A DNA stretch of 64,000 nt from the human T2T-CHM13v2.0 reference genome, Homo sapiens, in NCBI RefSeq assembly GCF_009914755.1, contig NC_060929.1. One strand, given 5' to 3'. The stretch's first letter is position 1. Each line of letters opens with the position of its first letter. A model generated the notes under the pieces. The model searched no databases and had not been told where the DNA came from. It saw only the letters and a list, made by a program, of their open reading frames with translations. Below, one piece after another: positions 14,211 to 27,876 of the stretch. The translations under genes were made by a program, and so were the position numbers.

Positions 14211-17200
14211 GAAAATGTCTTCAGATAAAAAATAGGCATAAGCTTAATGAGTAACTGCTTTGGGATGTGTGCATTTATCTCACAGAGTTAAAACTTTCTT
14301 TAGATTCAGCAGTTTGGTAACACTGTTTCTGTCCTTTCTGTGAATGGACATTTGGAAGCTCATTGAGGACAATGAGAAAAAGTGAATATCCCACGATAAA
14401 AACTAGAAAAGAGCTCTCTGAGAAACCGTTTTTTGATGTGTGCATTCATCTCGCAGGGTTAAACCTTTCTTTTCATTCAGCAGTTTGGAAACACTCTTTT
14501 TGTAAAATCTGCAAAGGGATATTTGGAAGTGCATTGAAGCCTAAGGTGAAAAAGGTCATATCTTCAGATAAAAACTAGAAAGAAGGTTTCTGGGAAACTG
14601 CTTTCTGATGTGTTCATACACCTAACAGAGTTAAAATTTTCTTTGGATTCAGCAGTTTGGAAACACGGCTTTTTTTCCGATCTGCTAATGGACATTTGAG
14701 AGTTCATTGAGGCCGATGATGAGCAAGTGAATATCCCAGGATAAAAACTAGAAGGAAGTTATATGAGAAACAGATTCATGATATGTGCATTCATCTTACG
14801 GAGTTAAAACTTTCTTTTCTTTCAGCAGTTTGGAAACACTGTTTTTGAAGAATCTGTGAAGAGATATTTGGGAACACATTGAGGCCAATGGGGAAAAAGG
14901 AATTTTCTTGAGATAAAAACTAGAAAGAAGCTTTCTGAGAAACTGGTTTGTGATGGGTTCATTCATCTCACAGAGTGAAAACTATCTTTGGATTCAGACC
15001 TCTGGAAACACCTTTTTTGTCCATTCTGTGAATGGACATTTGGGAACCCTTTGAGGCCAATGGCAAAAAAGTGAATATCATAGGATAAGACCTAGAAGGA
15101 CCCTATCTGAGAAACCACTTTGTGATGTGTGCATTCATCTCAAAGGGTTAAACATTTCTCTTTATTCAGCAGTTTGGAAACACTGTTTTCTTAGATCTGC
15201 AAAGAGAAATTTGGAAGTGCCTTGAGGACTATGGTGAAAAAGGAAATATCTTCAGACAAAAAGTAGAAAGAAGCATAATGAGAAACTGTTTTGTGATGTG
15301 TTGAGTCATCTCTCAGACATAAAAATTTCTTTGGATTTAGCAGTTTGGAAACACTGTTTTGTTTGAATCTGTGAATAGATATTTTGGAGCACATTGAGGC
15401 CTAAGGTGAAAAAAGGAAATAAGTTCAGATAGAAACTAGAAGGAAGCTTTCTGAGAAAATGATTTGTGATATGTTCATTCATCTCACAGAGTTAGGCCTT
15501 TCTTTGGATTCTGCAGTTTGGAAACACTGCTTTCCTAGAATCTGCAAGGAGATATATGGTAACACATTGAGGCCTATGATGAAACAGAAAATATATTCAG
15601 ATAAAAACTAGAAAGAAGCTTAATGAGTAACTGCTTTGTGATGTGTGCATTTATCTCACAGAGTTAAACCTTTCTTTAGATTCAGCAATTTGGTAACACT
15701 GTTTCTGTCCTTTCTGTGAATGGACATTTGGGAACTCATAGAGGACAATGCAAAAATTTGAATTTCCCAGGATAAAAACTAGAAGAAATCTCTCTGAGAA
15801 ACCGCTTTGTGATGTGTGCACTCATCTCACGGAGTTAAACCTTTATTTTCATTTGGCAGTTTGGAAACACGTTTTTGTAAAATCTCCAACGGGATATTTG
15901 GCAGTGCATTGAGGCCTAAGGAGAAAAATGTAATATCTTCAGATAAAAACTAGGAAGAAGGTTTCTGAGAAACTGCTTTCTGATGTGTTCATACACGTAA
16001 CAGAGTTAAACATTTCTTTGGATTTAACAGTTTGGAAACACTGATATTTTCCCATCTGTGAATGGATATTTGAGATCTCATTGAGGCCAATGGCGAAAGA
16101 GTGAATAACCAAGGATAAAAACTGGGAAGGACTACCTCAGAAACCAATTTGTGATGTGTGCATTCATCTCAAAGGGTTAAACATTTCTCTTCATTCAGTA
16201 GTTTGGAAACACTGTTTTCTTGGAGTCTGTAAAGAGATATTTGGTAGTGCATTGAGGCCTATGGTGAAAAAGGAAATATATTCAGATAAAAACTAGAAAG
16301 AACCTTTGTGAGAGACTGCTTTGTGCTGAGTGCACTCATCTCACAGAATTAAACATTTCTTTGGATTCAGCAGTTTGGAAACACTGTTTTCTTAGAATCG
16401 GCAAAGAGATATTTGGTAGAACATTGAGGCCTATGGTGAAAAAGCATGTGTCTTCAGATAAAAACTAGAAAGAGGCTTAATGATAAACTGGCTTGGGATG
16501 TGGGCATTCATATCACAGAGTTAAACCTTTGTTTGGATTCAGCAGTTTGGTAACACTGTTTTTGTCTATTTTGTGAATGGACATTTTGGAACTCAATGAG
16601 GTCAATGGCAAAAAAGGGAATATCCCAGGATAAAATCTAGAAGGACTTTATCTGAGAAACTGATTTCTGATGCGTGCATTCATCTCACAGAGTGAAACCT
16701 TTATTTTGATTCAACAGTTTGGAAACACCATTTTTGTAGAATGTGTGAAGAGATATTTGGTATCAGATATAGGCCTATGGTGAAAAAGGAAATATCTTCA
16801 GATAAAAGATGGAAAGAACCATTCAGAGAGACTGCTTTGCAATGCAGGCATTCATCTCACAGAGTTAAACCTTTATTTCTATTCAGCAGCTTGGAAATAC
16901 TGTTTCTTTCCTTTCTGTGAATGGATATTAGGGAGCCCTTTGAGGCCAATGGTGAAAAAGTGAATATCCCAGCATAAAAACTAGAAGGAACCTATCTGAG
17001 AAACCGCTTTGTCATGTGTGCATTCGTCTCACAGAGTAAACCTTTCTTTTTTTAAGTAGTTTGGAAAAACTGTTTTCTTAGAATCTGCAAAGAGATATTC
17101 GGTAACGCAATGATGCCTATGGTGAAAAAGGAAATATCTCCCAATAAACACCAGAAAGAACATTTTGGAGAGACTGCTTCATGATGTGTACATTTATCTC

Positions 17201-20200
17201 ACAGAGTTAAACCTATCTTTTGATTCAGCAGTTTGGTAACACTGTTTTTGTCCATTCTGCAAACGGACATTTGGGACCTCATTGAGGACAATGGTGAAAA
17301 AGTAAATATCCCAGGAAAAACACCAGAAGGAATATATCTGAGGAGATGCTTTGTGATATGTGTATTCATCTCACAGTGTTAAACCTTTCTTTTCATTCAG
17401 CAGTTTGGAAACACTGTTTCCTAGGGCCTGTAAAGGGATATTTGGCTGTGCATTGAAGCCTAGGGTGAAAAATGAAATATTTTCAGATAAAAACTAGAAA
17501 GAAGCTTAATGAGAAACTGCCTTGGGATGTGTGCCTTCATCTCACATATTTAAACCTTTCTTTGGACTCAGCAGTTTGAAAACACTGTTTTCTTAGAATC
17601 TGCGAGGAGATATATGGTAGCACATTGAGGCCTTTGGTGAAAAAGGAAATATATTCAGATAAAAACTAGAAAGAAGCTTCATGAGAAACTGGTTTGGGAT
17701 GTGTGCATTTATGTCACAGAGTTAAACCTTTATATTCAGCAGTTCGGTAAGACTGTTTCTGTCCATTCTGCAAATGGACATTTGCTCATTGAGGACAACG
17801 TGAAAAAGTGAATATCCCGGGGTAAAAACTAGAAGAAACCTCTCTGAGAAACTGCTTTGTGATGTGTGCATTCATCTCGCAGAGTTAAAACTTTCTTTTC
17901 ATTCAAAAGTTTGGAAACTTTTTTGTTTTGGAATATGAGAAGAGATATTTGGGAGTGCATTGTGGCCTAAGGTGAAATGGGATCATTTTCAGGTAAAAAA
18001 GTAGAAGGAAGTTTTCTGAGAAACTGCTTTGTGATGTGTTCATTCATCTTACAGTGTTAAACCTTTCTTTGGCTTCAACAGTTTTGGAAACACAGTTTTT
18101 GTCCATTCTGCTAATGGAAATTTGGGAGATCATTGAGGACAATGGCGAAAAAGCTAATATCCCAGTATAAAAACTAGAAGCAAGTTATCTGAGAAACTGA
18201 ATTCTGTTCTTGTAGAATCTGCAAAGGTATATTTGGGAGTGCACTGAGGCCTATGGTGAAAAAGGAAATGTCTTTGGTTAAAAACTAGAAAGCAGCTTTC
18301 TGAATAACTGCTTTGAGATGTGTCCATTCAATACACAGAGTTAAAACTTTCCTTTGAAGGAGGACTTTGAAAACACTGTATTTGTAGAATCTGTGAGGGG
18401 ATATTTGAGAGAGCATGAGGTCTATAGTGTAAAAGGAAATAACTTCAGATAAATCTAGAAAGAAGCTTTCAGAGAAACCACCTTGTGATATGGGCATTTT
18501 TCTGAAAGAGTTAAACGTTTCTTTTGCTTGAGCAGTTACGAAACACAGTTTCTGTAGAATCTTCAAAGGTATATTTTGGAGCACATTTAGGCCTATGGTG
18601 AAAAAGGAAATACCTTCACATATAAACTAGAAAGAAGCTTTCTGAGAAACTGCTTTGTGAAGTGTTCATTCACCTCACAGAGTTAAAATTTTCTTTGGCT
18701 GCAGCAGTTTGGAAACACTGTTTTGGTTCATTCTGCAAATGGACATTTGGGAGCTCATTGAGCCCAATGGTGAAGAAGTGAATATCTAAGGATAAAAACT
18801 GGAAGGACATTATTGGAGAAACCGATTTGTGATGTATGCACTCATCTCACAGTGTTGAACCTTTCTTTTCATTCAGCAGTTTGGAAACACTGTTTCTGTA
18901 GAATCTGTGAAGGGTTACTTGGCAGTGCACTGAGGCCTATGGTGAAAAAGGAAATATCCTCAGATGAAAACTAGAAAGAATATTTCTGAGAAACTGCTTT
19001 GTGATTGTTGAATCATCTCACAGAGTTAAACCTTTCCTTGGATACAGCAGTTTGAAAACACTGTTTTAGTCCATTCTGCAAGTGGACTTTTTGGAGCTAT
19101 TTGGTGCCAAATGCAAAAAAGTGAATATCCCAGGATAAAAACTAGGATGTTATCTGAGAAACTGATTTCTGATGTGATCATTCATCTCATGGAAGTAATC
19201 CTTTATTTTTTTCAGCAGTTTGGATACATTCTTTTTGAAGAATCTGCGAAGAGATATTTGGTAGTGCAATGATGCCAATGGTGAAAAAGTAAATATCTTC
19301 ATATAAAAACTAGAAAGAACCTCTCTGAGAAACTGCTTTGTGATGTGTACATTTATCTGACAGATTTAAACATTTCTTTTATTCAGCATTTTAGTAACAC
19401 TGTTTTGTAAAATCTGTGAAAGGACATTAGGCCATGCTTTGAGGCCTATGGTGAAAAAGTGAATTTCCCAGGATAAAAATTAGAGGGAAGATATCTGAGA
19501 AAATGCATTGTGATGTGTACATTCATCTCACAGTGTTAAACATTTCTTTTTATTCAGCAGTTTGGAAACACTGTTTTTGTAGAATCTATGAAGGGACGTT
19601 TGGCACTGCATTGAGGCCTATGGTGAAAAAGGAAATATCTTCAGCTAAAAACTAGGAAGAAACTTTCTCAGATACTGCTTTCAGATGTGTTTCTTCATTG
19701 CACACTGTTAAACCTTTCCTTGGATTCAGCAGTTTGGTAACACTGTTTTTGTCCATTTTCCAAATGGACATTTGGGAGTTCATTGAGGACAATGGCGAAA
19801 AACTGTATATCCCAGGATCAAAACTAAAGGGACGTTGTCTGAGAAACTGATTTCTGACGTGTGCATTCATCACACAGAGTTAAACCTTTATTTTGATTCA
19901 GCAGTTAGGAAACACTGTTTTCGTAGAATCGGCAAAGAGATATTTGGTAGCACAATGAGGCCAATCATGAAAAAGGAAAAATCTTCAGATTAAAAGTAGA
20001 AACAACCTTTCTGAGAAACTGCTTTGTGATGTTTGCATTCATCTCACAGAGTTAAAACTTTCTTTGTGGTCAGCAGTTTCGTAACACTGTTTTTGTCTAA
20101 TCTGCCAGTGAACATTTGGGAGATTTTAGAGGCCAGTGGTGAAAAAGCGAATATCCCAGGATAAAAATTAGAAGGAAGATATCTGAGAAAAAGCTTTGTT

Positions 20201-23200
20201 ATGTATGCATTCATCTCACAGAGTTAAACTTTTCTTTATGTTCAGCTGTTTGGAAACAATGTTTCTGTAGAATCTGTGAAGGCATGTTTGGCAGTGCATT
20301 GAGGTCTATGGTGAAAAAGGAAATATCTTCAGATAAAAACTAGAAAGAAGCATAATGACAAACTGCTTTGGATTGTTCATTCATTTCACAGAATTAAACC
20401 TTTCTTTCAATTCAGCATTTTAGAAACACAGATTTCTTAGAATCTGTCACATGATATTTTGTAGGGCATTGAGGCCTATGGTGATAAAGGAAATAAATAT
20501 CTCCAGATAACAACTAGAAAGAAGCTTTCTGAGAAACTGCCTACTGATGTGTTCATTCACCTCAAAGAGTTAAACCTTTCTTTGTATTCAGCTCTTTGGT
20601 AGCACTTTTTATGTCCATTCTGCAAATGGACATTTGGGAGCTCATTGAAGAAAAAGGAGAAAAAGTGAGTATCCCAGGATAAAAACTAGAAGAAAGATAT
20701 CTGAGAAATCATGTTGTTATGTGTGCATTCATCTCACAGTGTTAAAGCTTTCTTTTCATTCAGCAGTTTTGAACACTCTTTTTGTAGAATCTGTGAAGGG
20801 TTATTTGGTAGCACATGGAGGCCTATGGTGAAAAAGGTAATATATTCAGATAAAAACTAGAAAGAATATGTGTGAGAAACTGCTTTGTGATTTTTGATTC
20901 ATCTCACAGATTTAAATATTTCTTTGGATTCAGCAGTTTGAAAACACTGTTTTAGTCCATTCTGTGAGAGGACTTTTTGGAGCTATTTGAGGCCAAAGGC
21001 AAAAAAGCAAATATCTCAGGAATAAAAACTAGGACGTTAACTGAGAAACTGATTTCTGATGTGTTCATTCCTCTCAGAGAGGTAACCCTTCATTTTTGTG
21101 CAGCAGTTTGATACATGGTTTTCGAAGAATCTGCGAAGAGATATTTGGTAGTGCAATGAGGCCAATGGTGAAAAAGTAAATATATTCATATAAAAACTAG
21201 AAAGAACCTCTCTGAGAAACTGCTTTGTGATGAGTGCATTCATCTGACAGATTTAAACCTTTCTTTCATTCAGAATTTTAGTAACATTGTTTTGCATAAT
21301 CTGTGAAACGTTATTAGGCCATGGTGAAAAAGTTATCTGAGAAACTGATGTCCAATGTGTGCATTCATCTCACAGAGGTAACCCTTTATTTTGATTCAGC
21401 AGTTTAGAAACATTGTTTTTGAAGAATCTGCAAAGAAATATTTGGAAGTGCAATGAGGCCAATGGTGAAAAAGGAAATATCTTCAGAAAAAAACTAAAAG
21501 GACTTTTCTGAGAAAATGCTTTGTGATATGTGCATTCATGTCAAACAGTTAAAACTTTCTTTTCTCTCTGCATTTTAGTAACACTGTTTTTGTAGAACCA
21601 GTGAAAGGATATTTGGCAGCACTTTGAGGCAATGCTAAAAACGGAAATATCTTCAGATAAAAACTAGAAAGAAGATTAAGGAGAAACTGCTTCGTGAAGA
21701 GTTGAATCATCTCACAGAGCTAAAGCTTTCTTTACATTCAGCAGTTTGGAAACACTGTTTTCTTAGAATCTGTGAGGTGATATTTTGTAATGCAATGATG
21801 CCTATGGTGGAAAAGGAAATATCTTCAGATGCAAAATGGAAAGAACATTTCTGAGAGACTGCTTTGTGATGTATGCATTCATCTCAGAGAGTTAAACCTT
21901 TCTTTGTATTCAGCAGGTTGGCAACACTGTTTTTGTCCAATCTGTGAATGGACATTTGGGAGCTCTTAGAGACCAATGGCGAAAAAGTGAATATCCCAGG
22001 ATAAAAATTAGAAGGCAGATATCTGAGAAAACGCTTTTTGATGTGTGCATTCATCTCGCAGAGTTAAACATTTCTTTTCATTCAGCAGTTTGGAAACACT
22101 GTTTCTGTAGAATCTGTGAAGGGATATTTGGCAACACATTGATCCTGTGATGTAAAAGGAAATATCTTTGGATAAAAACTAGAAAGAAGCTCAATGAGAA
22201 ACTGCTTTGTGAAGTGTTGGTCATCTCACAGAGTTAAACCTTTTTTGGATTCAGCAGTTTCAAAACACTGTTTTCTTAGAATCTACAAAGAGATATTTGG
22301 TAGCATATTAGGACTATGGTGAAAAAGCAAATAACCAGATAAAAACTAAAAAGAAGCTTAATGAGAAACTTCTTTAGGATGTGTGCATTCATCACACAAA
22401 GTTAAGCTTTCTTTGGATTCACCAGTTTGGCAACATTGTTTTTTTTTCATTCAGCGAACTGACATTTGGGAGCTCATTGAGGCCAGTGGTGAAAAAATGA
22501 ATATCCAAGGATAAAAACAAGAAGGAAGACATCTGAGAAAATGCGTTCTGAAGTGTGCATTCATCTTGCAGTTTTAAATATTTCTTTTCATTCTGCAGTT
22601 TGGAAAAACTGATTTTGTAGAATCTGTGAAGGGATATTTGGCAGCACATTGAGGTCTATGGTGAAAAAGGAAATAACTTCAGATAAAAACTAGAAAGAAG
22701 CTTTCTGAGAAACTACTTTTGATGTGTTCATTCAACTCACAGAGGTAAACCTTGCATTGGATAAAGAAGTTTGGAAACACTGTTTTTGTTCATTCTGCGA
22801 ATGGACATTTTGGAGCTCTTTGAGGCCAATGGTGAAAAAGTGAATATCCCAGGATAAAAACTAGAAGGAGGATATCAGAGAAAACGTGTTGTGATGTGTG
22901 CATTAATCTCGCTGTGTTAAACCTTTCTTTTCATTCAGCAGTTTGGAAACACTGTTTGTGTAGTATCTGTGAAGGGATATTTGGAAATGCATTGAGGCCT
23001 ATGGTGAAAAAGGAAATATCTTCAGATAAAAACTACAAAGAAGCTTTCTGAGAAACTGTCTTCTGATGTGTTCACTCATCTCACACATTTAAACCTTTCT
23101 TTATTGTTTGTCCATACTGTGAATGGACGTTTTGGAGCTCTTTGAGGCCAATGGTGAAAAAGCGAATATCCCAGGATAAAAATTAGAAGGACTTTATCTG

Positions 23201-26200
23201 AGAAACTGATATCTGATGTGTGCATTCATCTCACAGAGTTAAACCTTTCCTTTGTTTCAGCAGTTTGTAAACACTGTTTTTGTAGAATCTGTGAAGAGAC
23301 ATTTGGTAGCACAATGAGGCTAATGGTGAAAAAGGAAATGTCTTCAGATTAAAAACTAGAAAGAACCTTTCTGATAAGCTGCTTTGTTATGTGTGCATTT
23401 CTCCCACAGATTTAACCCTTTCTTTTTATTGAGCAGTTTGGCAACACTGTTTTTATCCAATGTGCGAATGGATATTTGGTAGCTCTTAGAGGCCAATGGC
23501 GAAAAAGAAAATATTGCAGGATAAAAATTAGAAGGACGATATCTAAGAAAATGCTCTGTAATGTGTGCATTCATCTCGAAGAGTTATACATTTCTTTTCA
23601 TTCAGCAGTTTGGAATCACTGTTTTTGTAGAATGTGTGAAGGGATATTTGGCAGTGCATTGCAGCCTAGGGTGAAAAAGGAAATATCTTCAGATAAAACC
23701 CAGAAAGAACCTTAATGAGAAACTGCTTTGTGAGGTGTTGAATCATCTCACAGAGTTAAATCTTTCTTTGGATTCAGCAGTTTGGAAACACTGTTTTCTC
23801 AGAATTGGTGAAGAGATATTTGTTAGCACATTGACCTCTAGTGAAAAAGCAGAAATCTTCAGATAAAAACTAGAAAGAAGCTTAATGAGAAACTGTTTTT
23901 GGATGTGTGCATTCATCTCAGAGAGTTAAACCTTTCTTTGGATTCAAGAGTTTGGAAACACTGTTGATGTCCATTCTATGAATGGACATTTGGGAGCTCT
24001 TTGAGGCCACTGGCAAAAAAGCGAATATCCCAGGATAAAAACTAGAAGGACATTATCTGAGAAACTGATTTCTGATGTGTGCATTCATCTCACAGAGGTA
24101 ACCTTTTATTTTGATTCAGCCATTTGGAATCACTGTTTTTGAAGGACCTGTGAACAGATATTTTGTAGCGCAATGAGACCAATGGAGAAAAAGGAAATAT
24201 CTTCATATAAAAACTAGAAAAATCCTCTCTGAGTAAATGCTTTGTGATGTGTGCATTCATCTCACAGAGTTAAACCTTTCTTTTCATTCAGCATTTTAGT
24301 AACACTGTTTTTGTAGAATCTGTGAAAGGACATTTGGCATCACTTTGAGGTCTATGGTGAAAAAGGAAATATCTTCAGATAAAAACTAGAAAGAAGCTTA
24401 ATGAGAAACTGCTTTGTGATGTTTGCATTCATCTCACAGAGTTAAACCTCTCTTTACATTCAGCAGTTTGGAAACACTGTTATCTTAGAATCTGCAAAGA
24501 GATATTTGGTAGCACATTGAGTCCTATGGTGTGAAAGCAAATATCTTCAGATAAAAACTAGAAAGAAGATTAATGAGAAACTTGTTTGGGTTGTGTGCAT
24601 TCAACTCACAGAGGTAAAGTTTTCTTAGGATTCAGCAATTTGGTAACACTTTTTTTGTCCATTCTGTGAATGGACATTTGGGAGCTCATTGAAGCCAAAG
24701 GCGAAAAAGTGAATATCCTAGAATCAAAACTGGAAGGAAGGCCTCTGAGAAAACGTGTTGTGATGTGTGCATTCATCTCACAGTGTTAAAACTTTCTTTT
24801 CATTCAGCAGTTTGGAAATACTGTTTTTGTAGAATCTGTGAGGGGATATTTGTCAGCTATTTGAGGCCTATAGTGAAAAAGGAAGTATCTTCAGATAAAA
24901 ACTAGAAAGAAGCTTTCTGAGAAACTACTTTGTGATGCGTTCATTCATCTCACAGAGTTAAAACTTTCTTTGGATTCAGTAGTTTGGAAACACTGTTTTC
25001 TTAGAATATACAAAGACATATTTTGTAGTGCATTGAGGCCTAGGATTAAAAAGCCAATATCGTCAGATACAAACTAGAAAGAAGCTTTCTGGAAAACTGC
25101 TTTCTGATGTGTTCATTCACATCACAGAGTTAAACTTTTCTTTTGATTTAGCCGTTTGGTAATGTTGTTTTTTTCCATCTGCGAGTGGACTTTTGGGAGC
25201 TCATTGAGGCCTACAGTGAAAAAGAGAATATCCCCAGATAAAAGAAGAAGGACGTTACCTGAGAAACTGATTTCTCATGTATGCATTCATCTTACAGGGG
25301 TGACCCGTTATTTCAATTCAGCAGTTTGGAAACCATTTTCAAAGAATCTGGGAAGAGATATTTGGCAGCACAGTGGGGCCAATGGTGAAAAAGTGAATAT
25401 CAGAGGATAAAAACTTGATGGAAGATAACTGAGAACAGGCATTATGATGTGCGCATTCATCTCACAGTGTTAAACCTTTCTTTTCATTCAGCATTTGGAA
25501 ACACGCTTTTCTAGAAGCTGTGAAGGAATATTTGGTAGCGGTTTGAGACATTGTAAAAAAAGGAAATATCTTCAGATAATAACTAGAAAGAAGCTTTCTG
25601 AGAAACTGCTTTGTGATGTGTTCATTCATCCCACAGTGTTAAACTTTTTCTTGGATTCAGCAATTTGGAAACACTATTTTCTTAGAATCTGTGAAAAGAT
25701 ATTTGGTAGCACGTTGAGGCCTATGGTGAAAAAGAAATGTCTTCAGATAAAAACTAGAAGTAAGCTTTCTGAGAAACTGCTCTCTGATTTGTTCATTCAC
25801 TTCACAGAGTTAAACCATTCTTTGGATTCAGCAGTTTGGTAACACTGTTTTTGTCCAGTCTGTGAATGGACATTAGGGAGCTCCTTGAAGCCACTGGCAA
25901 AAAAGTGAATATCCCAAGATAAAAACTAGAAGGACATTATCTGAGAAACTGATTTCTGATGTGTGAATTCATCTTACAGAGGTCACCCATTATTTTGATT
26001 CAGCAGTTTGGAAACACTGTTTTCCAAGAAGCTGCAAAGAGATATTTGGCAGTGCAATGAGGCCAAGGGTGAATAACTTCAGATAAAAACTAGAAAGAAC
26101 ATTTCTGAGAAACTGCTTTCTAATGTGTGCATTCATTTCACAGAGTTAGACCCTTCTTTTCATTCAGCATTTTAGTAGCACTGTTTTTGTAGAATCTGTG

Positions 26201-27303
26201 AAAGGATATTTGGCAACATTTTGAGGCCTATGGTGAAAAAGGAAATATCTTCAGATAAAAACCGGAAAGATTCTTTCTGAGAGACTGCTTTGTGATGTGT
26301 GCATTCAACTCACAGAGTTAAACCTTTCTTTGTATTCAGTAGTTTGGTAACACTGTTTTTGTCCATTCTGTGAATGGGCATTTGGGAGCTCATTGAGGCC
26401 ATTGGCCAAAAACTGAATATCCCAGGATAAAAACTAGAAGGAAGATAGATATCTGAGAATACGTGTTGTGATGTGCACATTCATTTCACAGGGTGAAAAC
26501 TTTCTTTTCATTCAGCATCTTGGAAGCACTGTTTCTGTAGAATCTGGAAAGGGATATTTGGCAGTGCATTGAGGTCTATGGCAAGAAAGGAAATATCTTT
26601 AGATAAAAAATAGAAAGAAGCTTAATGAGAAACTGCTTTGTGATATGTTGAATCATCTCAAAGAGTTAAGCTTTTCTTTGGATTCAGCAGTGTGGAAACA
26701 CTGTTTCCCTAGAATCTGTGAAGAGATATTTGGTAAAACATTGAATTCTATGGAGAAAAATCAAATATCTTCAGAAAAAAACTAGACAGAAGTTAATGAG
26801 AAACTGGTTTGGCATGTGTGGATTCATCTCACAGAGTTAAACTCTTGTTTGTATTTAGCAGTTTGGTAATACTGCTTTTGTCCGACCTGCAAATGGAAAT
26901 TTGGGATCTGTTTGAGGCCAATGGCTAAAAACAGAATATCCAAAGACAAAAATTAGAAGGAAGATATCAGAGAAAGTGGTTTGTGAAGTGTGCATTCATC
27001 TCGTGGAGTTAAAACTTTCTTTTCATTCAGCAGTTTGGAAACACTGTTTCTGTAGAATCTGTGAAGGAATATTTGGCAGGGCATTGTGGCCTATGGTGAA
27101 AAAGGAAATATCTTCAGATAAAAACTCGAAAGAAGCATAATGAGAAAAGGCTTTGTGATGTGTTGAATCATGTCACAAAGCTTTCTTCAGATTCATCAGC
27201 TTGGAACCACTGTTTTCTTAGAATTTGCAAAGAGATATTTGGTAGCACATTGAGGCCTATGGTGTAAAAGCAAATATCTTCTGATAAAAACTAGAAAGAT
27301 GCT
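14211..27303 (+). repeat. Alpha satellite, block 2a (irregular dimer/trimer domain with internal multimer duplications)
   Basis: ~171-bp units, opposite in orientation to block 1. Local diagnostic variants are AAGCTTAATGAG, TTGGTAACACTG, CTTAGAATCTG and CTGATTTCTGATG. Confidence 0.97.
16259..16275 (+). promoter_or_regulatory. pJalpha (A-type) box, one example; recurs in about every second monomer across the window
   Basis: CTATGGTGAAAAAGGAA sits at the monomer position where B-type monomers carry the CENP-B box. Confidence 0.7.
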
Positions 27304-27876
27304 AGAACTAGAAATACCATTTGACCCAGCCATCCCATTACTGGGTATATACCCAATGGATTATAAATCATGCTGCTATAAAGACACATGCACACGGATG
27401 TTTACTGTGGTGCCATTCACAATAGCAAAGACTTGGAACCAACCCAAATGTCCAACAATGATAGACTGGATTAAGAAAATGTGGCACATATACACCACAG
27501 AACACTATGCAGCCATAAAAAAGATGAGTTCATGTCCTTTGTAGGGACGTGGATGAAACTGGAAACCATCATTCTCAGCAAACTATCGCAAGGACAAAAA
27601 ACCAAACATTGCATGTTCTCACTTATAGGTGGGAAATGAACAATGAGAACACATGGACACAGGAAGGGGAACATCACACTCCGGGGACTGTGGTGGGTGG
27701 GGGAATGGGGAAGGGATAGCATTGGGAGATATACCTAATGCTAAATGACTAGTTAATGGGTGCAGCACACCAACTCGACACAAGTACACATATGTAACAA
27801 ACCTGCACATTGTGCACATGTATCCTAAAACTTAAAGTATAATAATAATAAAATTAAAACAAACACCAAAAAAAAC
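27302..27876 (+). mobile_element. LINE-1 copy c, 5'-truncated (~575 bp), L1PA2/L1PA3-like, with 16-bp TSD
   Basis: ORF2 C-terminus (LELEIPFDPAIPLLGIYP), 3'UTR with CCTAATGCTAAATGAC and an A-rich tail. TSD AAACTAGAAAGATGCT at 27288-27303 and 27877-27892, with 2-nt CT microhomology at the 5' junction. Confidence 0.95.
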
